A stretch of DNA of 64,000 bases, taken from positions 20,832,001-20,896,000 of the forward strand of contig NW_027361738.1 of the NCBI RefSeq assembly GCF_039654945.1, read 5' to 3'. Within the stretch, counting starts at the first letter, position 1, and the number at the start of each line of letters is the position of its first letter. The notes beneath the pieces are model-generated. The model searched no databases, was not told the origin of the DNA, and saw only the letters and a program-made list of their open reading frames with translations. Below, piece after piece: positions 51,011 to 63,915 of the stretch. A program made the position numbers and the translations under genes. The DNA is from Dendrobates tinctorius (taxonomy: Eukaryota).

Positions 51011-51530
51011 TAGAGATGAGCGAGCACTAAAATTCTGCTCGAACCAAGCAATTCCTAATACTCGCATGCTTGTTTGGAGTAATGAGTATAATGGGAGTCA
51101 ATAGGAAAGCCAAGCATTTTATAGGCAGACCCTACAAAGAGGTCTGGGGGGCAGTGAAAATGTTCAAATGGATGGGGAAAGTGCTGAATGGAAGGAGAAC
51201 AGCATGGAGAAGACCCCTGGAAGCATCTCTGACTCCCAGATCGCTGCTGGGAACTATGGTGTCTCACTTTTATTCCACTTTAAGGAGTGACTTGCATTTA
51301 CCTCAAAATTTAATATTTTTTTAAAAAGTTATCATTTAAGTAAACTTACCGTACATTTATTCTTCTACTTAAAAATAGGTAATTTCAGTTTAATTTATGA
51401 CAGAAGCAAGAAGTGCCAAAAATTAGGGACTCAGATACACCCTGTATTAGACATAAAGGAGGGCCTCATACACATTCTGTTCAAACTGTCATGTATTGGT
51501 ACTCTTAGACTCATAAAGGCTATTCACTTT
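51011..51530. mobile_element. hAT-like element fragment (family of 2090-2738)
   Basis: Starts TAGAGATGAGCGAGCACTAA; reverse-complement homology to 2090-2738. Confidence 0.7.
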
Positions 51531-51603
51531 TGAGGGTTATATACCAAGGAAATGTACTCCAGACCATGGAATAGTCTATGGGTGTGCAATATAATACTGA
51601 TAA

Positions 51604-51917
51604 GTGTATGTGCACATGTTGAGTAAAAATTCTGCACCATTTTTGCATCTCTTGGCGAGAAAAATGCAGCTGCAAAAAAAGCTGCGTTTTTGACTGATTT
51701 GAGAGAAGTCAATGGTGAAAAACGCAGGACAAAAATGCACAGAGAATTGACATTCTGCAGATTATTTTCTGCACAATATCTGCAAGTCAAAAATACTCAA
51801 CGTGGACATGACACTTTAGGTTTCTCATTCACTTTGCTAGTATCAGGTTTTGTGACAAATCCGCTCAGAAAAAACATGCCAAAAAATGCACCAAATCTGC
51901 AACTTGTGCACACAGCC
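51604..51917. mobile_element. Harbinger-type MITE
   Basis: TAA|GTGTATGTGCACA...TGTGCACACAGCC|TAA. Confidence 0.7.
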
Positions 51918-52079
51918 TAAAATTTTGAACAAGGAAGCAAGGAAATCTACCCAAGAATTTGTAAGTCTATGAATGAGCAATATAATACCAATGCATTTTT
52001 TAAGCAAGTTTTTTCTAGGCTTATATAGCAAATAACTGTATTCAAGAAGATGTAATACCCTATGGATAAGCAATATAAT

Positions 52080-52924
52080 ACCGATAAAATTATGAGCCCA
52101 AAGCCAAACCCTAATCCCAGTCCTATCCCTAACCCTAGTCCTAATCCTAACCCTAGTCCTAACCTTAACACGAACCCTAACTCTAATGGCAAAAAGTGGA
52201 AGAAATAAAACTTATAAAATAAAAAAAATAATCTAACTTGGGAGATGATCAGGGGGATGATAAGGAGATTGGGGAAGAATTCATTGGAATTGATACAGAA
52301 ATTCAATTTTTTTTTTTCTTCACTGAGAGGGCAGCACTTGAGCGCAGTGTATCTCTCTTCTCTGTCAGAACAATTATAAGGGGAGAAGAGAGAGGCACAG
52401 CCCAAATGCTGTCCTTCTCTATAAATATTTGAGGATTTTCAACACTGAGATAGAATCTACCACAGTAATCAAATGTCAGGACTGATGTTGCCGGGTGCCA
52501 GCCGTAAGATCAGCGCACAAAGCACATGCGCTCACCATTTTGCTTAATGAAGAGGAGGAGGGCCAAGGGATTAGCGTCACCAGTTCTGAGGTACCGTGGG
52601 AGGCTAGGGGACATCATTTCTCTCTCCTCTTATATATTAGATCATGTCAGAGGAGAGAGAAATTATTTTTAAATTTTACTTCATTTTTTTAATGTGATTG
52701 TTGTTCTTCGCTGAATAACTGTGATCATGTGATTGGGTACTGTAAAAACCAACCCTGACAGTGTTCTCCAGTGTCTCAGCTACCCCCGGTAGCTGAAACC
52801 CAGGAGATTTTCTGATGCTGAGGAGCGTTATTCACTTATTTCTCAGCGCCGTTAAAAATCAGCACTGAGGAATAAAGCCTCTTAACTGTCACCATTAAAA
52901 GACGTATCAACGGTCATTAAGGGG
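52080..52924 (-). mobile_element. piggyBac-like element fragment with degenerate (CCCTAA)n at 52098-52185
   Basis: Telomere-like tract and flanks mirror 5280-5500. Ends ...CATTAAGGGG with a mutated TTAA. Confidence 0.55.
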
Positions 52925-54342
52925 ATAGAGGTCATGTCCTCACACAAACATATTATTGATTTTAAGGGACATTGTGTCTTCTGTACTTCCGATTATGTGC
53001 AGTGCGCCTCTCTGAAGCAGGGACTCGTACACTTCAGAGGCTCAATGATGTAAGGCAACAAAGCTGTGCACATGCGCAAGATTTGCATAGTGCTGGCAAT
53101 TACACTGGCTCTTGTAAGTCATGTTATCATGCCCACATGCTAAGTGGGCTGACTAGTCTGAGGAAGCTAGCGCACCATCGATTTGTCGATTTACAGTACA
53201 TACCATAAGCGGTCTTTAGAAATACTTTTTCTACAGATCTGTTTATGTGTCCAATGTAATAAAGTGACTGTTAGGCAGGGAATTAGATAGGTAGACACAA
53301 TTTCTGGAGGTTCTGGGGTTACAGGGGACCTGACAAGTTATTATTAAGGATGCAACAATACCAAATATGTTGTTTTATTTATTTTTATACTGGGAAAGGA
53401 GGACTGATTTTTTTATTATAGTTTTTTTTGCTTTTTCTGTATACTATAAAACTGCTATATTTCATAATATAGGCAAAATGACATTCTCCAATGAAAACAA
53501 ACCAGAGTAGGCAGCAATGACATCACATAGACACCCCACAGTTACATCAGTGAATGACAACAGCATTTTAAATAGTTATACAGCAGTGATAGGAGCAAAC
53601 TTTGGTCACTGCTGTTACAGGCAAATACTGGCTGTGTAACGGTGCCAGTTATCGTGTGGGCTTAGCTCCTGAGGCCGCTCTGCACACAATCCGAAAACCT
53701 TGAGAATTGATTATAACTTTTCCAGTATTGAGATTCAAGCAAATTTATTTGATACAAATTTAATTTTTGGAGAAAATTCATCGAAGTCGACCAATTCAAA
53801 TTTCAATAGATCCGCTCATCTCTGATAGACAGTAGTGCACTTGTGAATACAAATATAAATCCACTTCACCATATATTATGCAATTCCTCTACATCAGGTA
53901 GCTATATATAACAATCTTTTTTGCCTTCTGGTTGTACCCAGAATATCATGGGTGACATGTGGAGTATAATGCATTAGCTGCTGCCACGTCCATTGGGAGA
54001 CAAGTTGTTGGGTCCATCATCTTTGATGTTGGCTGGTGATTTAGTGTGGTGGGAATCCTCTGCACCTGCCACAATCCAGTCTCAGAGCGTGACATACAGT
54101 CTGTATTTCTACCACACATCTGGATCTGTTTCCATAGTGATTTTAAATGTCTTTTTCTCAATTGATGAAGGGAGCGACTGCAATTAACCAAGCTGGAAAA
54201 AGGCAACTACTTTTAATTCACGTGAAAAGAACTCCTCTACTTGTACTAATACAGCTAATTCTGAGTAATGCAGAAAAGAATATAAAAAAATCGCCATACT
54301 ACTCAGACCGACTACAACACTTCGAGCCTTATAACACTTTTA

Positions 54343-54889
54343 TATTCAATTAATTTTTGTGGAATAAAATCATTTTAACAGGCAAAGAACTTGAGTAAAT
54401 TCAAAATAAGTTACAATAAAGTGTAGTTATACAGTTATAACAAATTCACAAGTAGCATAAACCATATAATAACTGATAATTAGTTGATAATTCACATTTA
54501 GAAATTTTGCATCTAGAGGTATAAGGAGCATAAGATAAAGAAAAGACTTATGCTGGTCTTATATTTAGAATTGGTGTCTCGTAACACAACTATTTACATG
54601 GATGGAAGCATTAGTGTTTTTAAAAGAAGGAAAGGGATGGGTTTATTGGGTAGAAGGGTAGGTGGTTATGCCCGCTATGTGTTGGAACAAAAGTCCGTTT
54701 GCCATGATGGGGTATAAGTTCTTCTGATGAAGATCATTCATACTAATCGATTAGGTCCTAGTGATACAACGTTAGGATCCTGAAGGCATATTGGGTAAAT
54801 TAGTTGAAGACATAAAACGGTTCCAGTAGTTCCATTTTTTTGAGTATTTTTGTAAGATATTGTTCCTAAGGGCGAACGTGTACACGTTC
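54343..54889 (-). mobile_element. 5'-truncated L1/Tx1-clade LINE 3' end
   Basis: TSD GCCTTATAACACTTTTA (54326-54342, 54890-54906), matching the TT/AAAA endonuclease consensus on the minus strand. Residual frame TFALRNNILQKYSKKWNYWNRF resembles an ORF2 C-terminus. Confidence 0.65.
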
Positions 54890-56570
54890 GCCTTATAACA
54901 CTTTTAAAGTAGCTAGAAAAGTTCTATGTTCCCCAAATAATGGCTAGTTATAATATTTGAAAAACAGTTACAGTTTTGGTTCACAAATTATATATTTTTT
55001 ATTCTTTTTTCTTTTCATTGGAATAGCTAAAATGGTACTTTTTGTCTTTTAAGTGACAAATACAAAGATTTTTTTTTCATCTTTATAAACAATTCTAAAA
55101 ATCAAACTGTTATTAATTAAACTAAATGTCTGCACTGTATATTTATCAGGTACCTTAAAAGGGTTTGCCACTTTTCAGGTTTTTTAGTCTACAGGCATGT
55201 GTAAAAATAAAAAAAAATCTGCCTGATTGAGGCTACATTCACACATTCATGTGAGTGTTAACATCAAGAAGAAACAAACCAATTTTTTTCTCAGATGCCA
55301 TCCTAGTTGCATTAGTTTTTCTCTCATCCGTTTTTTTTTTCATTGAAGCAGAGACTGAACTTTTTTTAATCCATTGACTCTTAAGAGTGGATCAGTTAAA
55401 AATGCATGAAATGCAGAAAGTTTGCTTTCTGTGTGTCATCCATTTTAATGGCCGAGTTAGAGCCACAAAATGAGAATAGGAGATGCTCCAAGTCTCACGA
55501 ATCGGGGAAAAGCATTCGAAAAGTTATTCTCTGCAAATTCAATGTCCCTATGTTATGATATCGGATCTTTCAAGACCCCAGATCATAAAAAACATAAGAT
55601 GTGAAAAACAAAATCTTACCGCTCACCTCTCCAACCCCTCCACTACTCAAGGTCGCTTATCACCACTGCAAAAGCTGAATTCCCTCAGTTCTTAAGAGGA
55701 GGAGCGGGGTAGTTGGCCCAATAAGTCATGACGTCATGATGTCATGATATGTGCTGTGACCTTGCACATGCAAAGAATCATCCTGGACCTCATCAGATCA
55801 GGAAGTCCCAGTCTAGCGTGAGAAACCCAGGGATTTCAGAGCTCATGGCAGTGATAAAAAGATGCAACGAGGACTGGACGGGTGACATTCAGAAGCGGTG
55901 GATGTGACTAGTTGACCTGTAACCAAAGTTAAGCAAATCACATGGATGCAGTCACGTGACTGCAGACTTATACAGGTAGAACAGCAATTGTGACATTGGA
56001 CACATTGCACACTGTTACTGATTGGCAGAATTTTCATTTTATCACAGAAAACCCATTTAATAAGACATGCATGTGAACATAAACCTGTTAATAAACACTC
56101 TACAAAGTAACACAATCCTATAAAGTATGCAGACTTGGCAAATCATCAGTCATCCCCTCAAGGACATAGTCAGTTCCAAGACAATTTTATCACTTTGTTT
56201 CCGTCACTGAGAACAATATATTCCCTTCCTACTGGTTATTCCTAAAAACTAGACTTTTAGAAGAAGTCTACTTATCTCCCCGTTCTCCAGAAGTACAAGG
56301 CTAAGCGTGGGCTGGCATATTGCTGGTGTCTTGCCAAAGGCCTTGAAATTAATTCCTTATAAAGGGCCTTTAAAAGATAACATTTTAGACTGTAAAATCG
56401 CAGTGTTAATATAAAAAGCTATATGATAAAATATACAAAATTGATCAAAACAGAAGAATTTTACTTTTTCTTTCTTCTCACACTGTAAGACAACAAGCTC
56501 ATGTGAGACACTAGGATTGAATGATGTAGTTAATACTAGATAGCATAATTATTAGAAGTTTCTGTCTCTT

Positions 56571-57322
56571 AGGACGCCGTAGACTTCACGATCAGCCGGT
56601 TTTATGCATAGGGCTCGATCACATGAGCGTATTCATCGGACGAGTGCTACCTTATGTTTATCGGCTAGCACTCGGCCCAGTGTTATACTATGGGGCTGTG
56701 CTGATCTGCTATTTTTAACCTTGAATGGGCATGAGATAAAAAAAATGCACCATGCTGCAAGTGGATCTGCAATTTGGATAACGTGCACCCATTCAAGTCT
56801 ATGGGTGCGTGTGAAACATTGTACTACACTTGGATGTCATCTTTGTGCAGTCTGACATCCACTACTCAGACAATGGAGAAGATGGAGAAATTAAGTTCTC
56901 CCTCTTCCCTGCACCTGCTGTGATTTTCTCATGCGAAATAATCTGATCACAGTAAACTGACACTCGGATCAATCTCTGACAGAGTTTGAGCAGAGTGTCA
57001 TTAGCATAATTGGCCCAATTCTCTCACATGAGAGAATCTATGATCATGTCAGCAAGGTCTTAAGCTGGAGGAACATCTAAAAATCTGTCCCATTCTCATC
57101 CAGAGATGTGGTACAAGTGAAATCTATGTGGTATTCTGTATAACATTCTATTTTTGTAATGCGAGTGCAATCATAGAATGCGATTTTTTTCTCATACCAA
57201 ATCGGCATGAGAGAAAAATTTGCCGATCAGCACTGCCCCTTAGTATAACACTGGTCTGAATGCTATCTCATAAAATATCAAATAGCACTAGTCCAAGTTA
57301 TACGCTCGTGTTAGCAAACCCT
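56571..57322. mobile_element. Old Harbinger-type MITE
   Basis: TTA / TAA flanks; degenerate subterminal inverted repeats (CCAGTGTTATACTA / TAGTATAACACTGG). Confidence 0.55.
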
Positions 57323-57687
57323 AACATAGACTTCAGAGCTTGCAACAATTACTCAATTACTTTTTAACAAATGTTTCAGTGCATACACAGAAAGAGAGTC
57401 ATCCCTATTACAGCCATCTCTAGGAGTTCATGGTCACCACACATCTCCTATCACACTTTTATTTTCATCCCACCATAACAGAGAAATGAATCACCAAGGC
57501 CATACCATATGAAAAGCCAATTCACCGCTATATACTGCTCACTGGCGCCTCCCATGCTCACATACCCTCTACTCAACTTAGTAGTAGTCTCTTCCAAACC
57601 TCACTCCATCCACCCTTACGTGACTCCATTATGAGCTGACAACTCTTTTATCCCTTGAAGACTCACCAGAACTAACTTGTTCTAGAA

Positions 57688-57873
57688 CAGTGTTTCCCAA
57701 CTCCAGTCCTCAAGAGCCACCGACAGGTCATGTTTTCAAGATTTCCTTAATATTACCAAGGTGATAATTGCAGAACCTGCACAGGCAATAATTCCATCAT
57801 CTGTGCAATGCTAAGGTAATCCTGAAAACATAACCTGTTGGTGGCTCGTGAGGACTGGAGTTGGGGAACACTG
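57688..57873. mobile_element. hAT-type palindromic MITE (186 bp)
   Basis: CAGTGTTTCCCAACTCCAGTCCTC / GAGGACTGGAGTTGGGGAACACTG. Confidence 0.88.
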
Positions 57874-57878
57874 TTTTA

Positions 57879-58062
57879 GGCCGGGATCACACATGTGAGG
57901 AATACGGCCTAGTCTCGCATGTTAATACCTGGCACTGCCGCCGGCACTCAGAAGCGGAGCATGCAGCTCCATGTATTGCTATGTGGCTGCACTCTCCGCT
58001 CCCAAGTGCAGGGTATTAACATGCGAGACTTGGCCGTATTCCTCGCATGTGTGATCTTGGCC
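57879..58062. mobile_element. Harbinger-type palindromic MITE (184 bp)
   Basis: TTA|GGCCGGGATCACACATG...CATGTGTGATCTTGGCC; ~55-bp arms. Confidence 0.85.
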
Positions 58063-58326
58063 TTCGGCTGACAAACGCATTCTGTACTTGGCACCTCCTC
58101 CCATAATTTGACAGTTAAGAAACTAACCATTTCTATTGTGTTGCAGCAATCGCACTTCACCTCACTCCCCCAAGTTCCGCAACCAGGATCCAAAGATATG
58201 CAGTTATCCTATAATACATCATAAAAATACAGAGTAACAGATACATGTGCATTATAGATACAGGGCATAGAGCAAGAAATAAACAGTTTTCTGAGTTAAT
58301 TGCTTAACTGTCTCTCAAGAAACTAA

Positions 58327-58903
58327 AGGCCCCGCCACACACAGCGATCTCACTAGCGAGATTGCTGATTTTGTGATGCCACAGCGATCTCGCCAGCGAG
58401 ATCGCTGTGTGTGACGGGGATCAGCGACCTGCCCCCCCCAGCCGTGTATCGCTGATCGTGCTCGATCGGCCTGGGCCATTGTTTCATGGCTGGTCTCCTG
58501 CTGGCCAGCACGCATCATCACTGCGTGTGGCAGCGAGAGACCAGCGATCAGCGAGGCTCCCAGCGCTCTAAGCAGGTGCTGGGAGCTGGTCTCTAAGGTA
58601 AATATCGGATTACTAAGCGGCGCACGTTACTTAGTTACCCGATGTGTACCTTAGAAACCTGCGTGCTGGCAGCTCCCGGCGCGAGCACGCAGGTTTCTAA
58701 GGTGCACATCGGGTAACTGAGTGACGCGCGCCGCTTAGTAATCTGATATTTACCTTAGAGACCAGCCTCATCGCTGGTGCTGATCGCTGGTGAAGCTGCC
58801 TGTTTGGCAGCTCACCAGCGATCATGTAGCGATGCACCAGCGATCCTGACAAGGTCGTATCGTTGTCGAGATCGCTGGTGCATCTTTATGTGTGACGGGG
58901 CCT
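58327..58903. mobile_element. CpG-rich Harbinger-type MITE with internal ~180-bp hairpin (58587-58765)
   Basis: TAA|AGGCCCCGCCACACA / TGTGTGACGGGGCCT|TTA; many CAGCGAT/ATCGCTG motifs. Confidence 0.85.
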
Positions 58904-59194
58904 TTAGACAGTCTCTTAATGTGAAGCAAACATTAGAAACAAGAAGTCTCTGTATCTGAAATGGGAGTATGTGTTTACTCAGCTAACAAGCACACCCAAT
59001 ATAGAAAAGCTCTGGGTACCTATAAAATACAATTATTGAAGCTCAGCTTTAGTTATTAATTCTCCCATAGAAAATCAGAATGACAAACTTGAGAATGACA
59101 GTGCTGAAAATAGAGGCTTGAACTGTTAGTTTTGATCTACCCTATAATAGACATTGTCAGTCAATCCTACCTAATCATATCAGGTATGCTTATT

Positions 59195-59640
59195 AGACCA
59201 TGATCCCACATGCAAAATTGCCTTTTTTTTTATTGCTGCATTGTATCTGCAGATACCCACACCAAAATACCCAACAGCTATCTGTTCTGATTATTGAGGT
59301 TTTGTTGTATTTTATTACTGTCTTTCCTCCTTTTTTATGCATTTTTTTGTGCTGCATTGATGCAGTGTTTTTTTAAGGCATTTTCTTTTCAGTACAGAAA
59401 TGATGGAATTCTGCACCTAAAAATGCACTTATATTTTTTTACATGCATTTTTTTCAATCTCCCATTGAAGGGTATCCGGAAGAAATGCATCCCCCTACCA
59501 CTCAAAGAGCCACCCCTCAAAAAGAGAAACACACTTCTTTAGCATTTTTGAACACACAGTGGGCATAAGTTTTCCTGAAATTACATCCACTTGAACTGTT
59601 AAATGCAACAAATTTAATTACGCTTTTTTGGAACATGGCC
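59195..59640. mobile_element. Old Harbinger-type MITE remnant
   Basis: TTA|GACCATGATCC...GGAACATGGCC|TAA. Confidence 0.5.
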
Positions 59641-60920
59641 TAAATTTTCATACAGGTATTAAGGATATGTCACTCTTAAAACTCCATAGAACAGATATTG
59701 TCTGATATTCCTTCTTTTTCTAATAAGTAAATAATAATTTTATTTCTATATATTTATTTCTATGCTCCGTATCACTTTACAGGCAATAAAGACAATACAA
59801 AGTAACACGTAGTTCACCAGTTACAGGAGGAGTGAGCGCCCTGCTCACAAGCTGATAATCTATAAAGAAATAGGGGAGACACAATAGGTAAAAAGTGCTT
59901 GTTGCATATGGTCCAGCCTTCAATATAACAAACAGGGCATTTTAAATAAGCTGCATAATCGGGGTAGTGCATTCCAGAACACTGGTGCAGCACAAGAGAA
60001 GTTTTGGAGTTTGAGGTGGGAGGTTTGGATTATGGAGTATGTTAGTTTTTGATCAGTTGCAGAACGGAGAGCATGGGTAGGGTGATTGACAGAGATGAAG
60101 GAGGAGATACAGCGTGGTGCAGAGACCTTTGTGGGTGAGAGTGATAAGTTTGTATAGCTTTCTGTAGTGAATGAGTAACCAGTGCAATAACTAGCACAAG
60201 GTGGCGGCATAGCTGTAGCAGCTGGACAGAAGTTAGACCGTGGCTGCAGCATTCAGGACAGATTGGAGAGGAGAAGGTTGTTAGGGAGACTGATCAGTAG
60301 AGAATTGTAGTGGCAGAAGCGAATGAATTAGAGCAACAGTAAGGCTATGTGCACACGATGCGGATTTATAGCGGATCCACGTTTTTTCTAAGTGGAATTG
60401 CCCAAAAACGCAAAGGATTCCTAAAGCAAGCTTAATCAATGAGAATCCAGAATTGTTGTGCACATGATACAGAAAATTCTGTCCTGATTCGCAGCGTTTT
60501 ATTTTCCGCAACATGTCAGTTCTTTTTGCTGATCTGCAGCGTTTTCCACCCTTTGACTTCCATTGAGTCACTCAAATCTGCAGCAAAAACACAGGTGTAA
60601 AAAGATTTGCGGATTTGCTGCGGATTTACTGAGGATTTGGTGCCAAAAACACAGCGGATTTGTAAAAGGTAATGATGTCAGAAGGAGGAAGAGTGTGTGG
60701 GCGGAGAATCTAGAATAGAGCCTATCTTGGATGAAGTATATCAACAATGCAAGTTGGACTTGAAAATGACATTTTTTATTTATTTTTTTATTTAATAAAT
60801 CTTTATTTAGTTTACAAATCCGCAAACAAATCCAAATACAAATCCACATGTAAATCCGCATCAAAAACGCATGAAATCCGCACCAAAAACCCGCAGAATT
60901 TCCACTGCTAGACAACACGT

Positions 60921-60957
60921 CCCCCGAAGAAGCAACAAAGCGAAACGCGTGTTGGGG
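60921..60957 (+). ncRNA. Minimal type I hammerhead ribozyme motif (Penelope-like/retrozyme-type)
   Basis: CCC-CCGAAGA-A-GC(AACAAA)GC-GAAA-CGCGTGT-T-GGGG. Core U4 reads C. Confidence 0.65.
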
Positions 60958-61207
60958 TCTCTCTGCCCACACTTTAGCCAGGTTGGTTTCCAATATATAT
61001 GCACTATTTGACATAATTACTATTAAGGCCAGTATATATGTTGTTTTGAACTGCTGAGTCACTGTATTTCATCTGTAAACTTTGCTGCCAGTTTGTACAT
61101 CTCTCCATATATGTTTTGGCAGGTCCGTTTTTTTGGTCCTCCTTTATTGCACTATTGCACTTTACATTCGTTATTTATTCTTTTTTGAGAGATATTTGCT
61201 TACTTAC

Positions 61208-61208
61208 A

Positions 61209-61248
<40 letters not shown>

Positions 61249-61327
61249 CTTTATGTAGGTCCTTTTTGACCATATTCACTGTTCATACACATATATTTAG
61301 ATATATGTATATATATATATATATATA
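61208..61327. repeat. (TG)n/(TA)n microsatellites
   Basis: Two TA tracts at ~61217-61247 and ~61301-61327. Confidence 0.9.
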
Positions 61328-62165
61328 CTCTGTATTGCACCTTATATCTGACTGGTATTTTTACTCTTATATTGGTGTTTCATTTATGGTTTACTAATAT
61401 TTGCATTATTGTCATTGTCTTATATGATATATAAGGATTTCACTAACTAATTTATACCGACCTGGTTTCAGTGGGGCATTCAGGTGTCACTGATTCCCTT
61501 ATTTATAACTGTTGTACTACATACTAATCTTACTCCTCATTTGAAAAAATAATAAAATTTACATTTTTTTATATTGCTCCTTGATCCTATTTCTTTCGGG
61601 TTTCTGTTGTAATATTATGGATGAGCCATTGTTTATTTAGCCTTTTTTTGGGATTAGAGCCTATCTTGGTTGAAGAACATCATCAATGGAGGTTGGACTT
61701 GAAAATGACATTTTTTATTTTTTTTTTATTTAATAAATCTTTATTTAGTTTAAAAAATCCGCAAACAAATTCAAATACAAATCCGCATGTAAATCCGCAT
61801 CAAAAACGCATGAAATCCGCACAAAAAACGTGCAGAATTTCCACTGCGTTTTCTGCCAAGAAACGCAGAAAACGTGCAGAAATTTCCGTAAGCAAATCCG
61901 CAACGTGCGCACATAGCCTAAGGGTTTTTTCAGTTTCAAAGGCGAGAAAAGGTCAGATTTTTTAGATGTTTTTAAGGTGCAGATGACATGAGTGAGTGAT
62001 TGAATATAGGGAATAAAGTAAAGTTCTGTGTCAAATATGACCCCAAGACAGCAAGTAGGGCTTTTTCTGAAAATCTGCTGTATTAACTGTTGGAAAAATG
62101 ATATCTGTAAGACAAATGATAACCAACATTAAAAAATTGTTCTTATGTCAACAACAAGTGTCTTA

Positions 62166-62608
62166 GGCTGGTTTCACACTAGCACTTTTTAGCACAGCGC
62201 ATCGTGTGCGTCCATGCGCATGCGCCATGCTCCCCTATGTTTAATATGGGGGCGCATGGTCTAGCGTTTGCACGCGTTTGTATGCATTTTCGTGCGCAAG
62301 CGTTTTTTGTAGTATGCGCCTAGGCACACCGGACGCAACCTGTTGCATTTTTGGTCCTTCCAACCTGTGTCAAAAAAACGCATGCGCACGGAATGCGCCA
62401 AAAATCACATTACAGTCTATGGGAACGCAGGCGTGCGCATGGACATGCGCACTCCTGCGTTTAAAATCGCATGCGTTTTAAGAATTAACATGGCTACAAA
62501 CTGGTTAAAATGCTTGCATCTAAAAAAAAACAAATGCATGCAAAACGCATGATGCGTTTCTATTGCGCACGAAGTGCTGCGCTAAAAACCGCTAATGTGA
62601 AACTAGCC
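62166..62608. mobile_element. Harbinger-type MITE
   Basis: TTA|GGCTGGTTTCACACTAGC / GCTAATGTGAAACTAGCC|TTA; GCGCATGCG-rich. Confidence 0.88.
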
Positions 62609-63915
62609 TTACACTTCATATTCCCGAATTATGATGTTTCATACCTAAAAGCCCCAATGTGCTGGGGTGCTCTCATTTTCTTTGCTGAGGACCCACGGTT
62701 TGTACAATAACTCACATAGTTTAACCTTTTAAAAACTGTTCCATTTGCTAAATTCGGCAGCTACAATCACTGTGATTAAGGAGACCCTCACGCTACATGG
62801 TAACTTCAATTGTGCTGACATCTAATAGAAAGTATAGGCCTTTGCATGATTGAAAACACATGTGCTGGCCCCTACAATAATACATTGCACACAAAACCGC
62901 TACTACTTTTAACTACACTTTGCACCATCCCTAAGGGATTTTTAGAGGGTGTAAGGTTTGTCTGGATTAATAGTGTAAACTGTGCTGTGATCTTTATTTG
63001 ATACGCAAGAAAAAAAAATTACAAAATTAATGAAAAAGTTTTAGAAGTTTGAAAACATGAGAGAAAATGGGAAAACTTTTAAAAAAAAATATATATCTGC
63101 TGCTCTGCTGTAGAAGAGACTTCAGTTGCTTTATATGAGCTGATTTTTACTACTTTTGAACAGCACTTAGTAGGTGGGTGAGATTTTGGCAGTGAGAACA
63201 CTCAGTATGTAATGAATATTAAAAGATTGTTGTAAAAATCTTCACCAAGGCAACGACTAATACATATGGAACTTATAACCTTACTTACACAGGGGTGTGT
63301 TTGTGTGCTGATACTTAATGCATTGCATATGTGATCAAGTCTTTAAAGTATCTATCTTTACACTAGCTGGTGGAAAGAAGTCAGAACAAGACTCCAAGAC
63401 AAGGTGCAGTGGGACAGACAAGCCCCTATAATGGTCAAAAGATTAATGGAGCTAGAAAAGAATAATTCAGTGACTGATGGGGTTCTTGAAAATTGCTTCC
63501 ATGTGGATTTGTGCTACTGACCCCTTCAAATATGCAAAGTTGTATTTAAGGTGAATTAGTATGTGAATTACTATCTCAGAAGGTGCTGCCGTAATGAAGT
63601 GGACTAGGAATGTCAATGCAAACTAGTTACAGAGCGTGAGTATTTAGATTATATTATATTTTATTATATTTTCCCATTTGTATGTGAATAACTGATTTTC
63701 ACAGCATCAATGGCTGACACACGGCACCAACACCAAGTGAAAGGAGCCATGAAACTCACCTTCCTCAAGCTCTCAAATGAAAGCAAAAATAGGCTAGACC
63801 CCCTTTATAATCTCCTGCTAATTAAAATCACCTGTGCTAAATGGGAGGTGTGCTGGTCCAAGAAAGGGGACAGATTATGCAATCCGCTAAAATAAGAGAT
63901 TGCTGCGCTTATCAC

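Larger units (their letters stand above)
60343..61918. mobile_element. Harbinger-type MITE with nested hammerhead-bearing insertion
   Basis: TAA|GGCTATGTGCACACG / CGTGCGCACATAGCC|TAA; repeated GCGGATTT/AAATCCGC motifs. Confidence 0.9.
59760..62055 (-). mobile_element. L2 LINE 3' fragment interrupted by the 60343-61918 MITE
   Basis: ORF2 C-terminal remnants LQNFSCAAPVFWNALP (59920-60252) and CLGVIFD (~62030-62050). Sequence is continuous across the TAA target. Confidence 0.8.

Noticed and set aside
54724-54760. CTGATGA hammerhead core (also 20317 CTGATGA and 30643 CTGAAGA)
   Set aside because: No properly placed stem II plus GAAA or closing stem I.
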